Shown here: one piece after another, positions 16,769 through 25,456 of the stretch | Numbering within the stretch: position 1 is the stretch's first letter | How the letters are laid out: each line of letters begins with the position of its first letter | NCBI GenBank assembly: GCA_037142195.1 | Contig: JBAXBA010000002.1 | Coordinates: forward strand, 11,005 to 75,004 | From: Pseudomonadota bacterium | Lineage (GTDB): Bacteria; Bdellovibrionota_B; Oligoflexia; Oligoflexales; CAIMVM01 | Direction of reading: 5' to 3' | Length of the DNA stretch: 64,000 bases | Made by a program: the position numbers and the translations under genes | The notes under the pieces: generated by a model | What the model saw: only the letters and a program-made list of their open reading frames with translations | What the model was told of the DNA's origin: nothing | Databases searched by the model: none

Positions 16769-17999
16769 ATACTAGGAAGTGCCTTCCGACTTCTTTTGCT
16801 ACCAACTCAATCCTTTTCAGATTATGGGATTTCAATAGATCATCGTATTCGCTAAGTGTTCTCTCTTTGCCACCAGCTTGAAGTAACATATTGAAATCGT
16901 AACCTGCGTTCTTTATACGATCATCTTCTAAGGGGCGTTCTAAGACAATGATCTTTCCTCCTGGCTCAAGGTAAGCCAGAGCATTGCGAAGAATAGAATC
17001 GCAGGTTAAATCGTCCCAATCGTGCAAGATCCAGCCTAGGATAAGACAGTCAAAGGCTTCCAGTTGTGTTGAAGTTGAAGCTTTCTCGTGTTGAACTGTA
17101 AAATCCTGATAGAAACGCCGAATGTTCAAGTCATCCGCTCCACATACTGTAGTGCGAAGCTTTTGCAAAGAGAATTGGGTGGAGGGGTGATCCATTACCG
17201 TGAAGTCCGCTGGTCTCAAAAAAATTGACTTGCATGCCAACATCACTTGGCCTATGCCACCACCAACATCGAGAAATTTTGTCGATCCTGTTTTTTCCAA
17301 ATAATCCGCTAGCTCTAGGTTACTTTGCCAATTAGAGAATGCAAACGTCAAGGCATGAAGGGCCATCAGATCATCCGGTTTGTCGTAGTGATCAAAAAGT
17401 CGAGTTGAAGAAAGTTCAAAGGCAACATCAGCGACACTTCCACCACGCTCTAAACCGAGTAAAATACAGTCATTAGTCATTGCTCTGCGAACTACATGTC
17501 TGTAGAAAGTAAGCGTCATCAAATTTGAAGCCTCATAAAATAGATTTGGCTCGTTCTTATAAAGTAGACTTAGGGATCCTGCAAAAGAGATTATCTGATC
17601 GACATAGGATATGATCGCCCCCAGTGAGCTCTCACTTTCAATCTCAGATTTTAGCCATTGTATAAGTTCCGTTTGAGCATAAGTTTCGCGACGATGTTCA
17701 GTCATCTTAAAAGCTATTCCAGTTGAAGTTTTTTCGAGCATGCACATGCCTGATTCAACAAGAGCATTTAGCATTCTCTGGCATGCCTCCAATTTCCATC
17801 CGAAATGGGCGGCTAGATCTGATGCAAAAAAACGAGCCTGCACATAATCTCCCGCTGTTGCGGCCTTTAAGTACTTTTCAATTCGAGGTTTTGCAAAGTC
17901 TTCAATTCTAATAAGAACAAATATCCGCAAGTCATCGCGATCAAGTTTTTTACTCCATTTCTGGTAAGTCTCCAGAATAGGCTTATCTATTATTTGCAA
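16755..17999 (-). CDS. SAM-dependent O-methyltransferase, family 2 (COMT-like) with N-terminal wHTH/dimerisation region
   Basis: Motif I is FLDVGGGIGQV. The C-terminal part ILGWILHDWDD...YLEPGGKIIVLE...FNMLLQAGGKERTLSEYDDLL is typical of Methyltransf_2. The TTG start follows GAGGTG. Confidence 0.8.
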   Translation of the reverse strand: MQIIDKPILETYQKWSKKLDRDDLRIFVLIRIEDFAKPRIEKYLKAATAGDYVQARFFASDLAAHFGWKLEACQRMLNALVESGMCMLEKTSTGIAFKMTEHRRETYAQTELIQWLKSEIESESSLGAIISYVDQIISFAGSLSLLYKNEPNLFYEASNLMTLTFYRHVVRRAMTNDCILLGLERGGSVADVAFELSSTRLFDHYDKPDDLMALHALTFAFSNWQSNLELADYLEKTGSTKFLDVGGGIGQVMLACKSIFLRPADFTVMDHPSTQFSLQKLRTTVCGADDLNIRRFYQDFTVQHEKASTSTQLEAFDCLILGWILHDWDDLTCDSILRNALAYLEPGGKIIVLERPLEDDRIKNAGYDFNMLLQAGGKERTLSEYDDLLKSHNLKRIELVAKEVGRHFLVYERG

Positions 18000-19522
18000 G
18001 CATCACCTCGAGAAATTTTTTCAAGATAAGAAAATGAATTGGGACTAATGAGCACCCCGGAGAGACTATTTGGAATTTGAATACAGCTCTTTACGAAATT
18101 TACATGCCCTACATGATACATCGGTATCATGATAGATTCCTCGAAAATATCCCGGTCAAGTTCGCGATAGATCTCAAAGCGATCACTTAGATTAGGCAGT
18201 CCCATAGCGCGATGCAATAAATCAACATATAGAGGCTTAGTGTAAAAAAAGAATAGATTACCATCGCCTGGCAAAAATCTTCTAAAAACGGCGCCAGCAT
18301 CCCTAGATGGAAATAGAAAAAGTTCAATGTATGCAGCAGTTTTTGGGTGACCTTCTCTAGGACTCATCTCTGCATAGCTCTTCTCATATTGAAAATTTGC
18401 CTGAAGCCCCACACTTGCCATGGCCTTTGTAATACGCTCTTGATCACATGTGGATGCACGTCCTATGTGTTCGTAAATGGTTACAATTGAGTCTGCCGCC
18501 GACAACTTGGGAAAACTAAGAGCCTTTTGTGTAGACGATATATTAGGTTTTTTGTTAAGGCTTCCACCTATACCGGGTGGGATAAAGCCAATTGCAGATG
18601 TGGTCCCTGGGGAGCACTGTTCGATCTTTTGTATGTCGCTAATTTGGCGGTGAAGCTCCTGCCTTCTATTTTTGTCTTTAAATGCTGCAAATTTTGGGTT
18701 GACCACAAGAGTTTGGGTAACAGACGCAGAGTGAAAGTGCTTATTATAGGCTGCAGAGTGAATTTTAGCTCCCGTGGAGGATAGATACATAGCCGCGACA
18801 TCGACCGTGCCTGCGTCTAATGTTTGGGCAATATTTTTTTCATCGTAATAGCGAAAAGTAATTTTATCATGTTTCGCTTCTTTGGGGGTTCTCTTCATGA
18901 ATTCGTTGGGCACGACTGTAGCCTCATTGGCTAATTTGGAGTCGACCCGGTAGGGACCACTTCCAATAGTTGATCCATTTGAAGCAATTTTGAATACAGA
19001 AACGTTCAGAGATGCTATTCGATACAAAAAACTACTTGGATCAAACTTTAATTGAAAAATCACCGAAGTTCGGTCCGTAGACTCCCTGATTCCCACAGCA
19101 TTTGAATTGCCCTCAATACACCCAGCCAAATCATCTAGAAGGTCACGAATGCGACTTTCCTTCGAGCACAGAATCTGAAATGAACGAACGATGTCTGCAG
19201 TGGTAACATTACTGCCATCAGAAAATTTATGCTTAGGGCGAATGACAACGCTCAATTCCTTATGTGATCGATCGAATGTCCATGATTCAGCTAATTCAGG
19301 GGCAATCGCACCATCCTCATTCAACTTAAAAAGTCCTTCATAGATGAGTGACAAAATAAAACGTTCCTGAGCGATAGCAACTTTTTGCGGCTCAGTATTT
19401 AGGATAGGATTTGGTATGGCAACAAGCAAATTGTCTTGACCTTGTTTTTTAGCCAACGCAGCGCTGGAAATAAAATAGAATACCCAAATCACGAACAATT
19501 TTTTTCGGCTAAACATCCTCAT
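17990..19522 (-). CDS. Periplasmic solute-binding protein, family 5 (OppA/DppA/NikA-like), orphan
   Basis: It has a Sec signal peptide (MRMFSRKKLFVIWVFYFISSAALA). The family-5-like body includes LVAIPNPILNTEPQK, LFKLNEDGAIAPELAESW and GSGPYRV. No permease or ATPase genes are nearby. Confidence 0.75.
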   Translation of the reverse strand: MRMFSRKKLFVIWVFYFISSAALAKKQGQDNLLVAIPNPILNTEPQKVAIAQERFILSLIYEGLFKLNEDGAIAPELAESWTFDRSHKELSVVIRPKHKFSDGSNVTTADIVRSFQILCSKESRIRDLLDDLAGCIEGNSNAVGIRESTDRTSVIFQLKFDPSSFLYRIASLNVSVFKIASNGSTIGSGPYRVDSKLANEATVVPNEFMKRTPKEAKHDKITFRYYDEKNIAQTLDAGTVDVAAMYLSSTGAKIHSAAYNKHFHSASVTQTLVVNPKFAAFKDKNRRQELHRQISDIQKIEQCSPGTTSAIGFIPPGIGGSLNKKPNISSTQKALSFPKLSAADSIVTIYEHIGRASTCDQERITKAMASVGLQANFQYEKSYAEMSPREGHPKTAAYIELFLFPSRDAGAVFRRFLPGDGNLFFFYTKPLYVDLLHRAMGLPNLSDRFEIYRELDRDIFEESIMIPMYHVGHVNFVKSCIQIPNSLSGVLISPNSFSYLEKISRGDACK

Positions 19523-20811
19523 GCCAATGCACCCTCGACTGTTTTAGTCTCGTCTTCATCAAGTTGTTCGCGTAGTTCAGGGTTTTCTATTATCATAAGT
19601 GCAATTTCCCTCTCCTTGGATATCTGTTTTGACTCACCATATAGCCTAGTCAGCTCGATAAGTGGACTTAAAGCTAAATTGTCAGCTTTTGCAGATGCTA
19701 GAAATGACCGTTCAGCAGCGCCCAGGTCTCCTAAGTTTTTTTCACATTGCCCCTGTAGATGTAAGTTCATGGCCGTGGCAGGAGGACCTAATGATGCTGC
19801 TTGTTTAAAATGAACGAGTGCTTTTTCGTGATTTTTTATTTTGCAAAAATGCAAACCTAATTCGCTATGGGACGTTGAGTCATAGGGATCCAAATGAGAC
19901 ATTTGTGAAAAGGCTGCGACCGCTTGATCTGTATCATTACGTGAGAGGTAGAGCTTAGCAAATGATTGCCACAAAGTGGCTTGTAACTCATCTCGAAGTG
20001 TGGACCAAGGTTTATTCTCAGTGTTGATCATTTGAGAGGCTTGTAGAGCACGATCCATTAACTTTAGGACTGAGTCGTACGACAATCCTGGTGTCATGGC
20101 AAGACCCCTTAAAGCTGTCGACCACTTGAGGGCTTGCCCCCAATCTTTTGGCGAAAATTTGAGCCAACTGTCGAGATTGGAAAGAATCGCAGCTGCGTGT
20201 TTACGAGCGTGAATCTGGCCGCGTTCGAATCGGGATGACACGACTACAATGCGTGCTATAAGCGAAATATGTTCGAGCAGTAAGGCATTATCAACGGTGG
20301 AAGCCATCTCGGCAAGATTTTCAAGTTTGCTAAACGAAGCTGAAATGCCAAGATCTAAATCTAGTATTTGGAAAAGAAGTGCTCGTTGGCTTTCGTATTT
20401 GAAGAATATAGTTGAACTTGCATCTGTGGACTTAAAAGCTCGAATTTCTTCTATAAGTCCATATCGAGCAAGCACAGCCATCAAAGGAATTAGAACGGAA
20501 TCTACGTGATAAGAGTCACAAGGTAAATGTGCTACAGATGATGCAGCATCCGCCAGTCGCTTTCGAAATGACTTTAGTTCGGTGGCAGCTTCCGCATTTT
20601 CTAATCGATCTATTTCGTGAAAAAATTCCGGGTTTGGAATTCTTTGGGGAAATGAAATGTCTTTTGCGCGCCCAGCAAGTAATCCCTCGATTCCATTTAC
20701 GTGAGACCAAAACCAGGCAAAGAACTCGGAATTCCGAGTGGAATAGGAGCTCGAATATCCGCAATATCCAGGCGTAATATTTGAAAAATTCGCATTTATT
20801 AAAGGCAACAA
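19519..20811 (-). CDS. TPR-repeat protein, first gene of the operon
   Basis: This 430-aa ORF has C-terminal TPR-like repeats (AVAAFSQMSHLDPYDSTSHSELGLHFCKIKNHEKALVHFKQAASLGP...). The TTG start lies 6 nt after GGAGAG. The stop overlaps the SBP start. Confidence 0.6.
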   Translation of the reverse strand: MLPLINANFSNITPGYCGYSSSYSTRNSEFFAWFWSHVNGIEGLLAGRAKDISFPQRIPNPEFFHEIDRLENAEAATELKSFRKRLADAASSVAHLPCDSYHVDSVLIPLMAVLARYGLIEEIRAFKSTDASSTIFFKYESQRALLFQILDLDLGISASFSKLENLAEMASTVDNALLLEHISLIARIVVVSSRFERGQIHARKHAAAILSNLDSWLKFSPKDWGQALKWSTALRGLAMTPGLSYDSVLKLMDRALQASQMINTENKPWSTLRDELQATLWQSFAKLYLSRNDTDQAVAAFSQMSHLDPYDSTSHSELGLHFCKIKNHEKALVHFKQAASLGPPATAMNLHLQGQCEKNLGDLGAAERSFLASAKADNLALSPLIELTRLYGESKQISKEREIALMIIENPELREQLDEDETKTVEGALA

Positions 20812-21225
20812 ATACTCTCCATTTAGTCTTCAGTCTATGAGAGGAATTTTGGGTTCAGGAAGGGGGACTGTAGTCCCCCTCTTGGCTATTGCCATGCTCC
20901 TACCGGTATTACTTTTAAGTACCTGCGTAGTTTGCGCCGGCAGCTTTCCGTTTAGACTTAAACATTATCATTCTCCTTTCTGTTTTCCCATTGTTTGACT
21001 TGAGGTCTTTCATGCACTGAGCTGGTGTTTCGCTGGCCCATAAATTGAGGCCTTTGAAAGCTGAGTACTTTGAAAAACCGCAAAAACTCACAACGATCCA
21101 AAGGCAATCTCCGTGCCACTAGTTTTTTCACTGGCAACCCCTCGAAACCACGTCCAAACCTAGTATAGCGGGTGCTCCAAAACTCTAAATTCGTCCCGGC
21201 CGTGGTACAAAATCTTTTCATTTGC

Positions 21226-21468
21226 CTAGAATATGGGCAAAAGTGGTAAATAAATGGACCCACAGGGATAAGCGAGGCCATCAAAGACTAGGCGATCCGA
21301 TATGTCTTTCGGAGAATCCTCAAGCAAGGCCTTTAAAACTCCAAACACGGCGTAATCTTTCCATACTATTTCACTGGAAATCCCCAGCGCATCTGCAGTA
21401 TTCAAAGTGGCATCATGGATTTTTTCATCTAAAAAGAGTGAGCCAAAGTTGGACATTAGGGACTCCAT
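21226..21468 (-). pseudogene. N-terminal fragment (~65 codons) of an AbiEii toxin gene
   Basis: SSEIVWKDYAVFGVLKALLEDSPKDISDRLVFDG matches the AbiEii N-terminal pattern (EKDF..L..L.....LVFKGGT). It then breaks off, and the NTase core (SEDIDF) is absent. Confidence 0.55.
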
Positions 21469-21483
21469 CCGGAAGATATTTGG

Positions 21484-22146
21484 TCAATTCAAATGAAAAA
21501 CAAATTCCAGATTCCTAATGGCTTTCCGCCCCTTCTGACCACCAAGACGTGTACATATATCGCGCAAGCAACTTCGACTTATGAAGTTGATTTTAAGGAA
21601 GCGCTTAAAGCCAAGAGCTACCTCAGCACTCGATTCATTGCCTATTTTGTCAAGAGAGACGAGTGCTAGATATGACTTGAGCTCGCTATCGCTTAAATCC
21701 TGGTACTTCTCCATTGGCACCGTAACAACCTTCAAGGCTTTCGAATTTCCAGGAAAACGCACGGGAGCTATAAATGATTTCTGTACTGGAACTTGGGTGG
21801 TTAAAGCCATCTCATAGAAAAGCGTTGCTCCCACGGGTATCAATCGGTTGATTCGAATACGCTCATTCCCAAACGATGCTTGATCACGGGCCCGCTTCTC
21901 CAAAAGAAGCTTTTGCAAAACCGCCTCATCCGAAGCACGACTTGGGCCTACCAACGTCTCCTTAGGAAGGTAATACATTCCCCTGGAGTAGCGCTTGATC
22001 TTCGACTGAGCCTCCAAGCGGGAAAGTGCCCGCTGCACTGTGCCTGCTGAAAAGCGAGGAATCGCCACATCCCTCCAGCTGAAAACTGACCCTGATTTAA
22101 ATTCTCTTATTTTATTGAGGACTTGACGAGAACACAAACCGCGCAT
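21484..22146 (-). CDS. AbiEi-family antitoxin-like protein (partner toxin truncated)
   Basis: The N-terminus VFSWRDVAIPRFSAGTVQRALSRLEAQSKIKRYSRGMYYLP fits the AbiEi wHTH pattern. It lies 15 nt upstream of the AbiEii fragment. Confidence 0.6.
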   Translation of the reverse strand: MRGLCSRQVLNKIREFKSGSVFSWRDVAIPRFSAGTVQRALSRLEAQSKIKRYSRGMYYLPKETLVGPSRASDEAVLQKLLLEKRARDQASFGNERIRINRLIPVGATLFYEMALTTQVPVQKSFIAPVRFPGNSKALKVVTVPMEKYQDLSDSELKSYLALVSLDKIGNESSAEVALGFKRFLKINFISRSCLRDICTRLGGQKGRKAIRNLEFVFHLN

Positions 22147-22310
22147 GTTAAATTCCCCTATACTCTTATATATCCGAATAGTTACTATCGGTTTTGTCTA
22201 AAAATAATTTAATTAGATTCAGTCAAAAAGTGAGATAATATATTATTTTTATTGATTTATTAGTCTCGTTCAAAAGAGAGAACGTTGTTCCAGATAACTG
22301 GTTAATTATT

Positions 22311-22505
22311 TAGGGGCAATACTTCAGAGCCAACAAATACATCACACCAGAATCTAAGCAGTCCGGCTATGGGGCGCCACTGAAAGAAAGTTTTTCAACT
22401 AAGCGCGAACTCGAAAATGAGCTTCGTCTCCGGCTTGTGCATTCTTGTGCAATTGGCCTTGCCTTGTGCATTCTTGTGCATTATGATCTCCCTTGTGCAA
22501 TTAGC
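22311..22505. repeat. ~190-bp repeat Q (copy 2), forming the upstream region of the intact COG2865 gene
   Basis: It is colinear with 9223..9409. It contains three cttgtgca(a)tt-type direct repeats at ~22435-22505. Confidence 0.85.
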
Positions 22506-22547
22506 AGTGACGAATTTCTAGAAGGGCATACTGGAAAGGAATCTTCG

Positions 22548-23897
22548 ATGTTTGGAAAAGAGATGCTTGGAAAAGAGATGCTTGACCGAGAGTCAAAAAC
22601 ACTGGAGTACAAGCGGGAATTACCCTCGAATCTGGCGGGCATAATTAAGACATGCGTCGCATTTTCTAATACTGCCGGCGGCCGCATTGTTCTAGGGGTT
22701 GAAGATGAAAACCGGAGTGTGATTGGCCTGACCGATAGGGAGATGGAAAAGGCGCTCGAGATCTTAGCTTCAGCTATTTACGAGGCAGTAACGCCAGCTG
22801 TTGTAGCCGAGGTGTTTAACCTGACCATTGATGAAAAGCATCTGATCATTGTTGACGTCGCTCGGGGCAGCAGTCCTCCTTATTTTGTCAAACGGCTTGG
22901 ATCGACGAAAGGTGTTTTTGTTCGAGTAGGACCAACAACTCGACCCGCCTCACTGGAACACATTCACGAGTTAATGAGTTTTCGAAGTCGATACTCTTTT
23001 GATGAGGAATCCCTCCAGGGCTCAATGGATGAAATTGATGCAGGACTCATAGAGCAGGCATATGGCCGTTCTCCAAGTCGTGAGCTCTTGATGTCGGAAA
23101 AGGTGTTGTTAAAATCCGTTCAGAATCAGCCCGCCTTGTCGCTGGCAGCCATGGTCGCTTTCGGAAAACGACCTGACAGACAAATCCCGGAAGCGGCGGT
23201 TATCTGCACGCGATTTCAAGGAACATCGGGACGAGACATTATCGAGTCCAGCGAGATCCACGGGCCAATCTCCGATTTGACATCGCGTGTACTCGATTTT
23301 CTTCAGCGGCATTTGGAAAGAAACTTTAAATTGCGCGGCGCAAAGCTCAGCGGAATGGAATTGATACCTTTAGCCGCTTTACGCGAGGCGGTTGTCAACG
23401 CATTGATTCATCGAAAATACAATGTTCCCTCTCCTGTTAAGGTGGCAGTCTTTGACAATCGTGTAGAGATTTTTAGCCCGGGAGGACTTCCAGGCCTGAT
23501 CACGTTAAAGCAGCTGGGTGACGGGAGCAGCCATTTGCGCAACCCTCTTCTTGCAAAGTTCGCAAGACGCCTCAGGATCATGGAAAAACTTGGCTCCGGA
23601 GTTCGCGTGATGCTTGAAGAGTGTCAAAAACGGGGCATCGTGCCGCCCGAGTTTTTTGAAGATGGCGATTACGTAAAAGTTGTGTTCGGCACCGAGCGGA
23701 GTCAGCAAAACGCCCATGAGCTATCAAGCGTTATCGCGGACTTGTTCCTAAGGCAGCAAATAGTTCGAGTGAGCGAAATCTCAAAATGTGTAAAGGTATC
23801 TCGAAATACAATTACCAATGCTCTAAATCGGTTGCTCGAGGAGGGCAAGATATCAAGGCATGGCAAAGGCGCGGGCACCTACTACACGCGAACGTGA
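22548..23897 (+). CDS. COG2865 'RecG-like' regulator: AlbA_2/Schlafen-like domain + HATPase_c_4 + C-terminal wHTH (intact)
   Basis: Family motifs are ESKTLEYKRELP, IIKTCVAFSNTAGGRIVLGVED, LREAVVNALIHRKY, RNPLLAKFARRLRIMEKLGSGV and the C-terminal VSRNTITNALNRLLEEGKISRHGKGAGTYY. The start is chosen at ATG 22548 (the upstream part of the track ORF is repeat Q). ATGs at 22563 and 22578 are also possible. Confidence 0.85.
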   Translation: MFGKEMLGKEMLDRESKTLEYKRELPSNLAGIIKTCVAFSNTAGGRIVLGVEDENRSVIGLTDREMEKALEILASAIYEAVTPAVVAEVFNLTIDEKHLIIVDVARGSSPPYFVKRLGSTKGVFVRVGPTTRPASLEHIHELMSFRSRYSFDEESLQGSMDEIDAGLIEQAYGRSPSRELLMSEKVLLKSVQNQPALSLAAMVAFGKRPDRQIPEAAVICTRFQGTSGRDIIESSEIHGPISDLTSRVLDFLQRHLERNFKLRGAKLSGMELIPLAALREAVVNALIHRKYNVPSPVKVAVFDNRVEIFSPGGLPGLITLKQLGDGSSHLRNPLLAKFARRLRIMEKLGSGVRVMLEECQKRGIVPPEFFEDGDYVKVVFGTERSQQNAHELSSVIADLFLRQQIVRVSEISKCVKVSRNTITNALNRLLEEGKISRHGKGAGTYYTRT

Positions 23898-24069
23898 CGG
23901 TAATGGTGCCAGCTGCCAAAAAAATCTCGCCTTGCAATCGCGTATATCATGGGCGAACAAGTAATCTTTAGCGACTTCTGAAACGACATGACGTTTCCGG
24001 CTGCTTTTAGAAAGTGGGGAAATGGCGACACGCCTAAAGGGATTATTAAGATAATATGAGGTGAAAAAT

Positions 24070-24498
24070 ATGATACGAAGTGAAACAGAATATCAAAAAG
24101 CTATTGGGCGAGTTAAGAATGAAAAAGAACTCATTGAAAAAGCCAAAAAAAATCTAAAAAACAAAGGGTTAAAATCAAAAGAAATAGAGAGAGCTTTAAA
24201 CCCCTTGCTGTCTTTCACAGCGCAGTTAGAAGAAGAAATAGAAACCTACGAAAAAATTAAAAGAGGTGATTTCGAAACCATTGAAAACTTCGATGGATTA
24301 GGTCGATCTTTGATTGCCTTACGTATAAACAAAAATATGTCCCAAAAAGATCTGGCGGATAAACTAAAAATTGCAGAGTCGCAGATTTCTCGTTATGAAA
24401 AGAATGAGTACCGAGGCATTTCCATGGAACGAGTCAACGAAATATTAAACGCTCTTCATGCAAAAGCGGTTACAAAATTTGAAATTCTTGTGGCTTGA
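24070..24498 (+). CDS. HigA-like XRE-family HTH antitoxin, apparently orphan
   Basis: The ATG lies 6 nt after GAGGTG. The N-terminal IRSETEYQKAIGRV helix and the C-terminal HTH (NKNMSQKDLADKLKIAESQISRYEKNEY) fit the family. Only short broken ORFs lie upstream. Confidence 0.65.
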   Translation: MIRSETEYQKAIGRVKNEKELIEKAKKNLKNKGLKSKEIERALNPLLSFTAQLEEEIETYEKIKRGDFETIENFDGLGRSLIALRINKNMSQKDLADKLKIAESQISRYEKNEYRGISMERVNEILNALHAKAVTKFEILVA

Positions 24499-24698
24499 AA
24501 TGGGGCGCGGGAATTCACCGGGACGCTTTAGATCAGAATATTTTTGTTGATTCCACTATTTATGTTCCTATAGCTGCCTGAAGATGTGCTGGTTGCGGCA
24601 CTGCAGAAGCTGTGTATGCCACCAAGGTGATAGATACGCAAGTTTCCAAGTTCACTGGTTAGAGCCAGCCTTGCCTTTTTAAGTCCATTGGCACCTGT

Positions 24699-25088
24699 TC
24701 AAATCATTTGCTTGTCTTGTTTTGCTAACTTAGTTTCGATAGTGGAACTTAATATCCCGCTTGCAGATTGGTCTAAGGACTTTTCTGGGAAAGAGTCCAG
24801 GTCCTCTCCATCCATCGCTGGCATCATCAGAAATTCTGACTCGGTAAGCGCCGAGCCAATAATAAGTGTATCGAAGAACTCTCCGCCAAAAATCTCTTGG
24901 TTTTTGCTAACCATGTAGTGCATTCTCTGGGCTCGGGACATCCCCTGAAAGGAAGAGGATGTGACTATAAATTCGACGCCTGTCGGAAGCCTGTCTCTCA
25001 AGATACGGACTTGAGCATCGGAAAAGTCCTGAGAAAAACCCATTTTTATTCGTTCCAATAGTTTAATTCTATCCATTTCAACAACCAT
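24699..25088 (-). CDS. Hypothetical protein with BolA-like core; start uncertain (25088, 25076 or 25043)
   Basis: GVEFIVTSSSFQGMSRAQRMHYMVSKNQEIFGGEFFDTLIIGSALTESEF parallels the BolA pattern F.V.vvS..F.G.s...RHR.vy..L..E....iHAL.i.t.T..E, but with RHR and HAL degenerate. It overlaps or abuts the HEPN gene. Confidence 0.4.
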   Translation of the reverse strand: MVVEMDRIKLLERIKMGFSQDFSDAQVRILRDRLPTGVEFIVTSSSFQGMSRAQRMHYMVSKNQEIFGGEFFDTLIIGSALTESEFLMMPAMDGEDLDSFPEKSLDQSASGILSSTIETKLAKQDKQMI

Positions 25089-25456
25089 TCCGATGAGTTA
25101 CAGTATTTGTCAGCTAATGCCCTATCGGCATCTCCATAATATCTATCCCTTGGGGCCCAAACATTAGCATCCCCAGCAATTTCTACCAGCAATTTATAGG
25201 CCAAGACATCTTGAACAAAGAGGCTCTGAAGAAATCCGTTCCGCTTCTGAAGCAGATCCATAATTCTATGCCCCCAAAATTCGCTATCTTCGGCATCTGG
25301 GAAGGTCTGAAATAAAAGAGATTTTAGTGCCAGTTCGATTGCAAAAAAAGCATTTTCTACCGAATTATTAAAATGCATGTTCTTATTGGAAAGAATGGCT
25401 CCCGCCAACTTTTCTTTTGCATTTCTACTTAATTTCTCCCATTTTTTGACTTCCAC
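25046..25456 (-). CDS. HEPN-domain protein
   Basis: This 136-aa ORF has the motifs ENAFFAIELALKSLL, GHRIMDLLQK and APRDRYYGDADRALADKYCNSSEWLLKWIE. The GTG start lies 7 nt after GGAGGA. Confidence 0.75.
   Translation of the reverse strand: MEVKKWEKLSRNAKEKLAGAILSNKNMHFNNSVENAFFAIELALKSLLFQTFPDAEDSEFWGHRIMDLLQKRNGFLQSLFVQDVLAYKLLVEIAGDANVWAPRDRYYGDADRALADKYCNSSEWLLKWIELNYWNE

Noticed and set aside
16287-16775. Long antisense ORFs overlapping confident genes (e.g. 16287..16775, 1964..2248, 12404..12769, 38331..38705, 52983..53312, 43554..43850)
   Set aside because: These are shadow frames opposite well-supported genes. They have no RBS or domain signatures and are compositionally biased.
13575-20811. 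Interpretation of the kinase operon as a Detocs-like phage-defence phosphorelay or as a standard ABC peptide importer
   Set aside because: There is no separate receiver-buffer or receiver-effector gene, and the TPR is not fused to the kinase. There are no permease or ATPase genes. Only the SBP resembles an Opp/Dpp component.
20958-21284. 108-aa ORF following the AbiEii fragment
   Set aside because: It has no recognisable motif and starts inside the broken toxin gene in another frame. It is probably a spurious frame in replaced DNA, so it is left uncalled.
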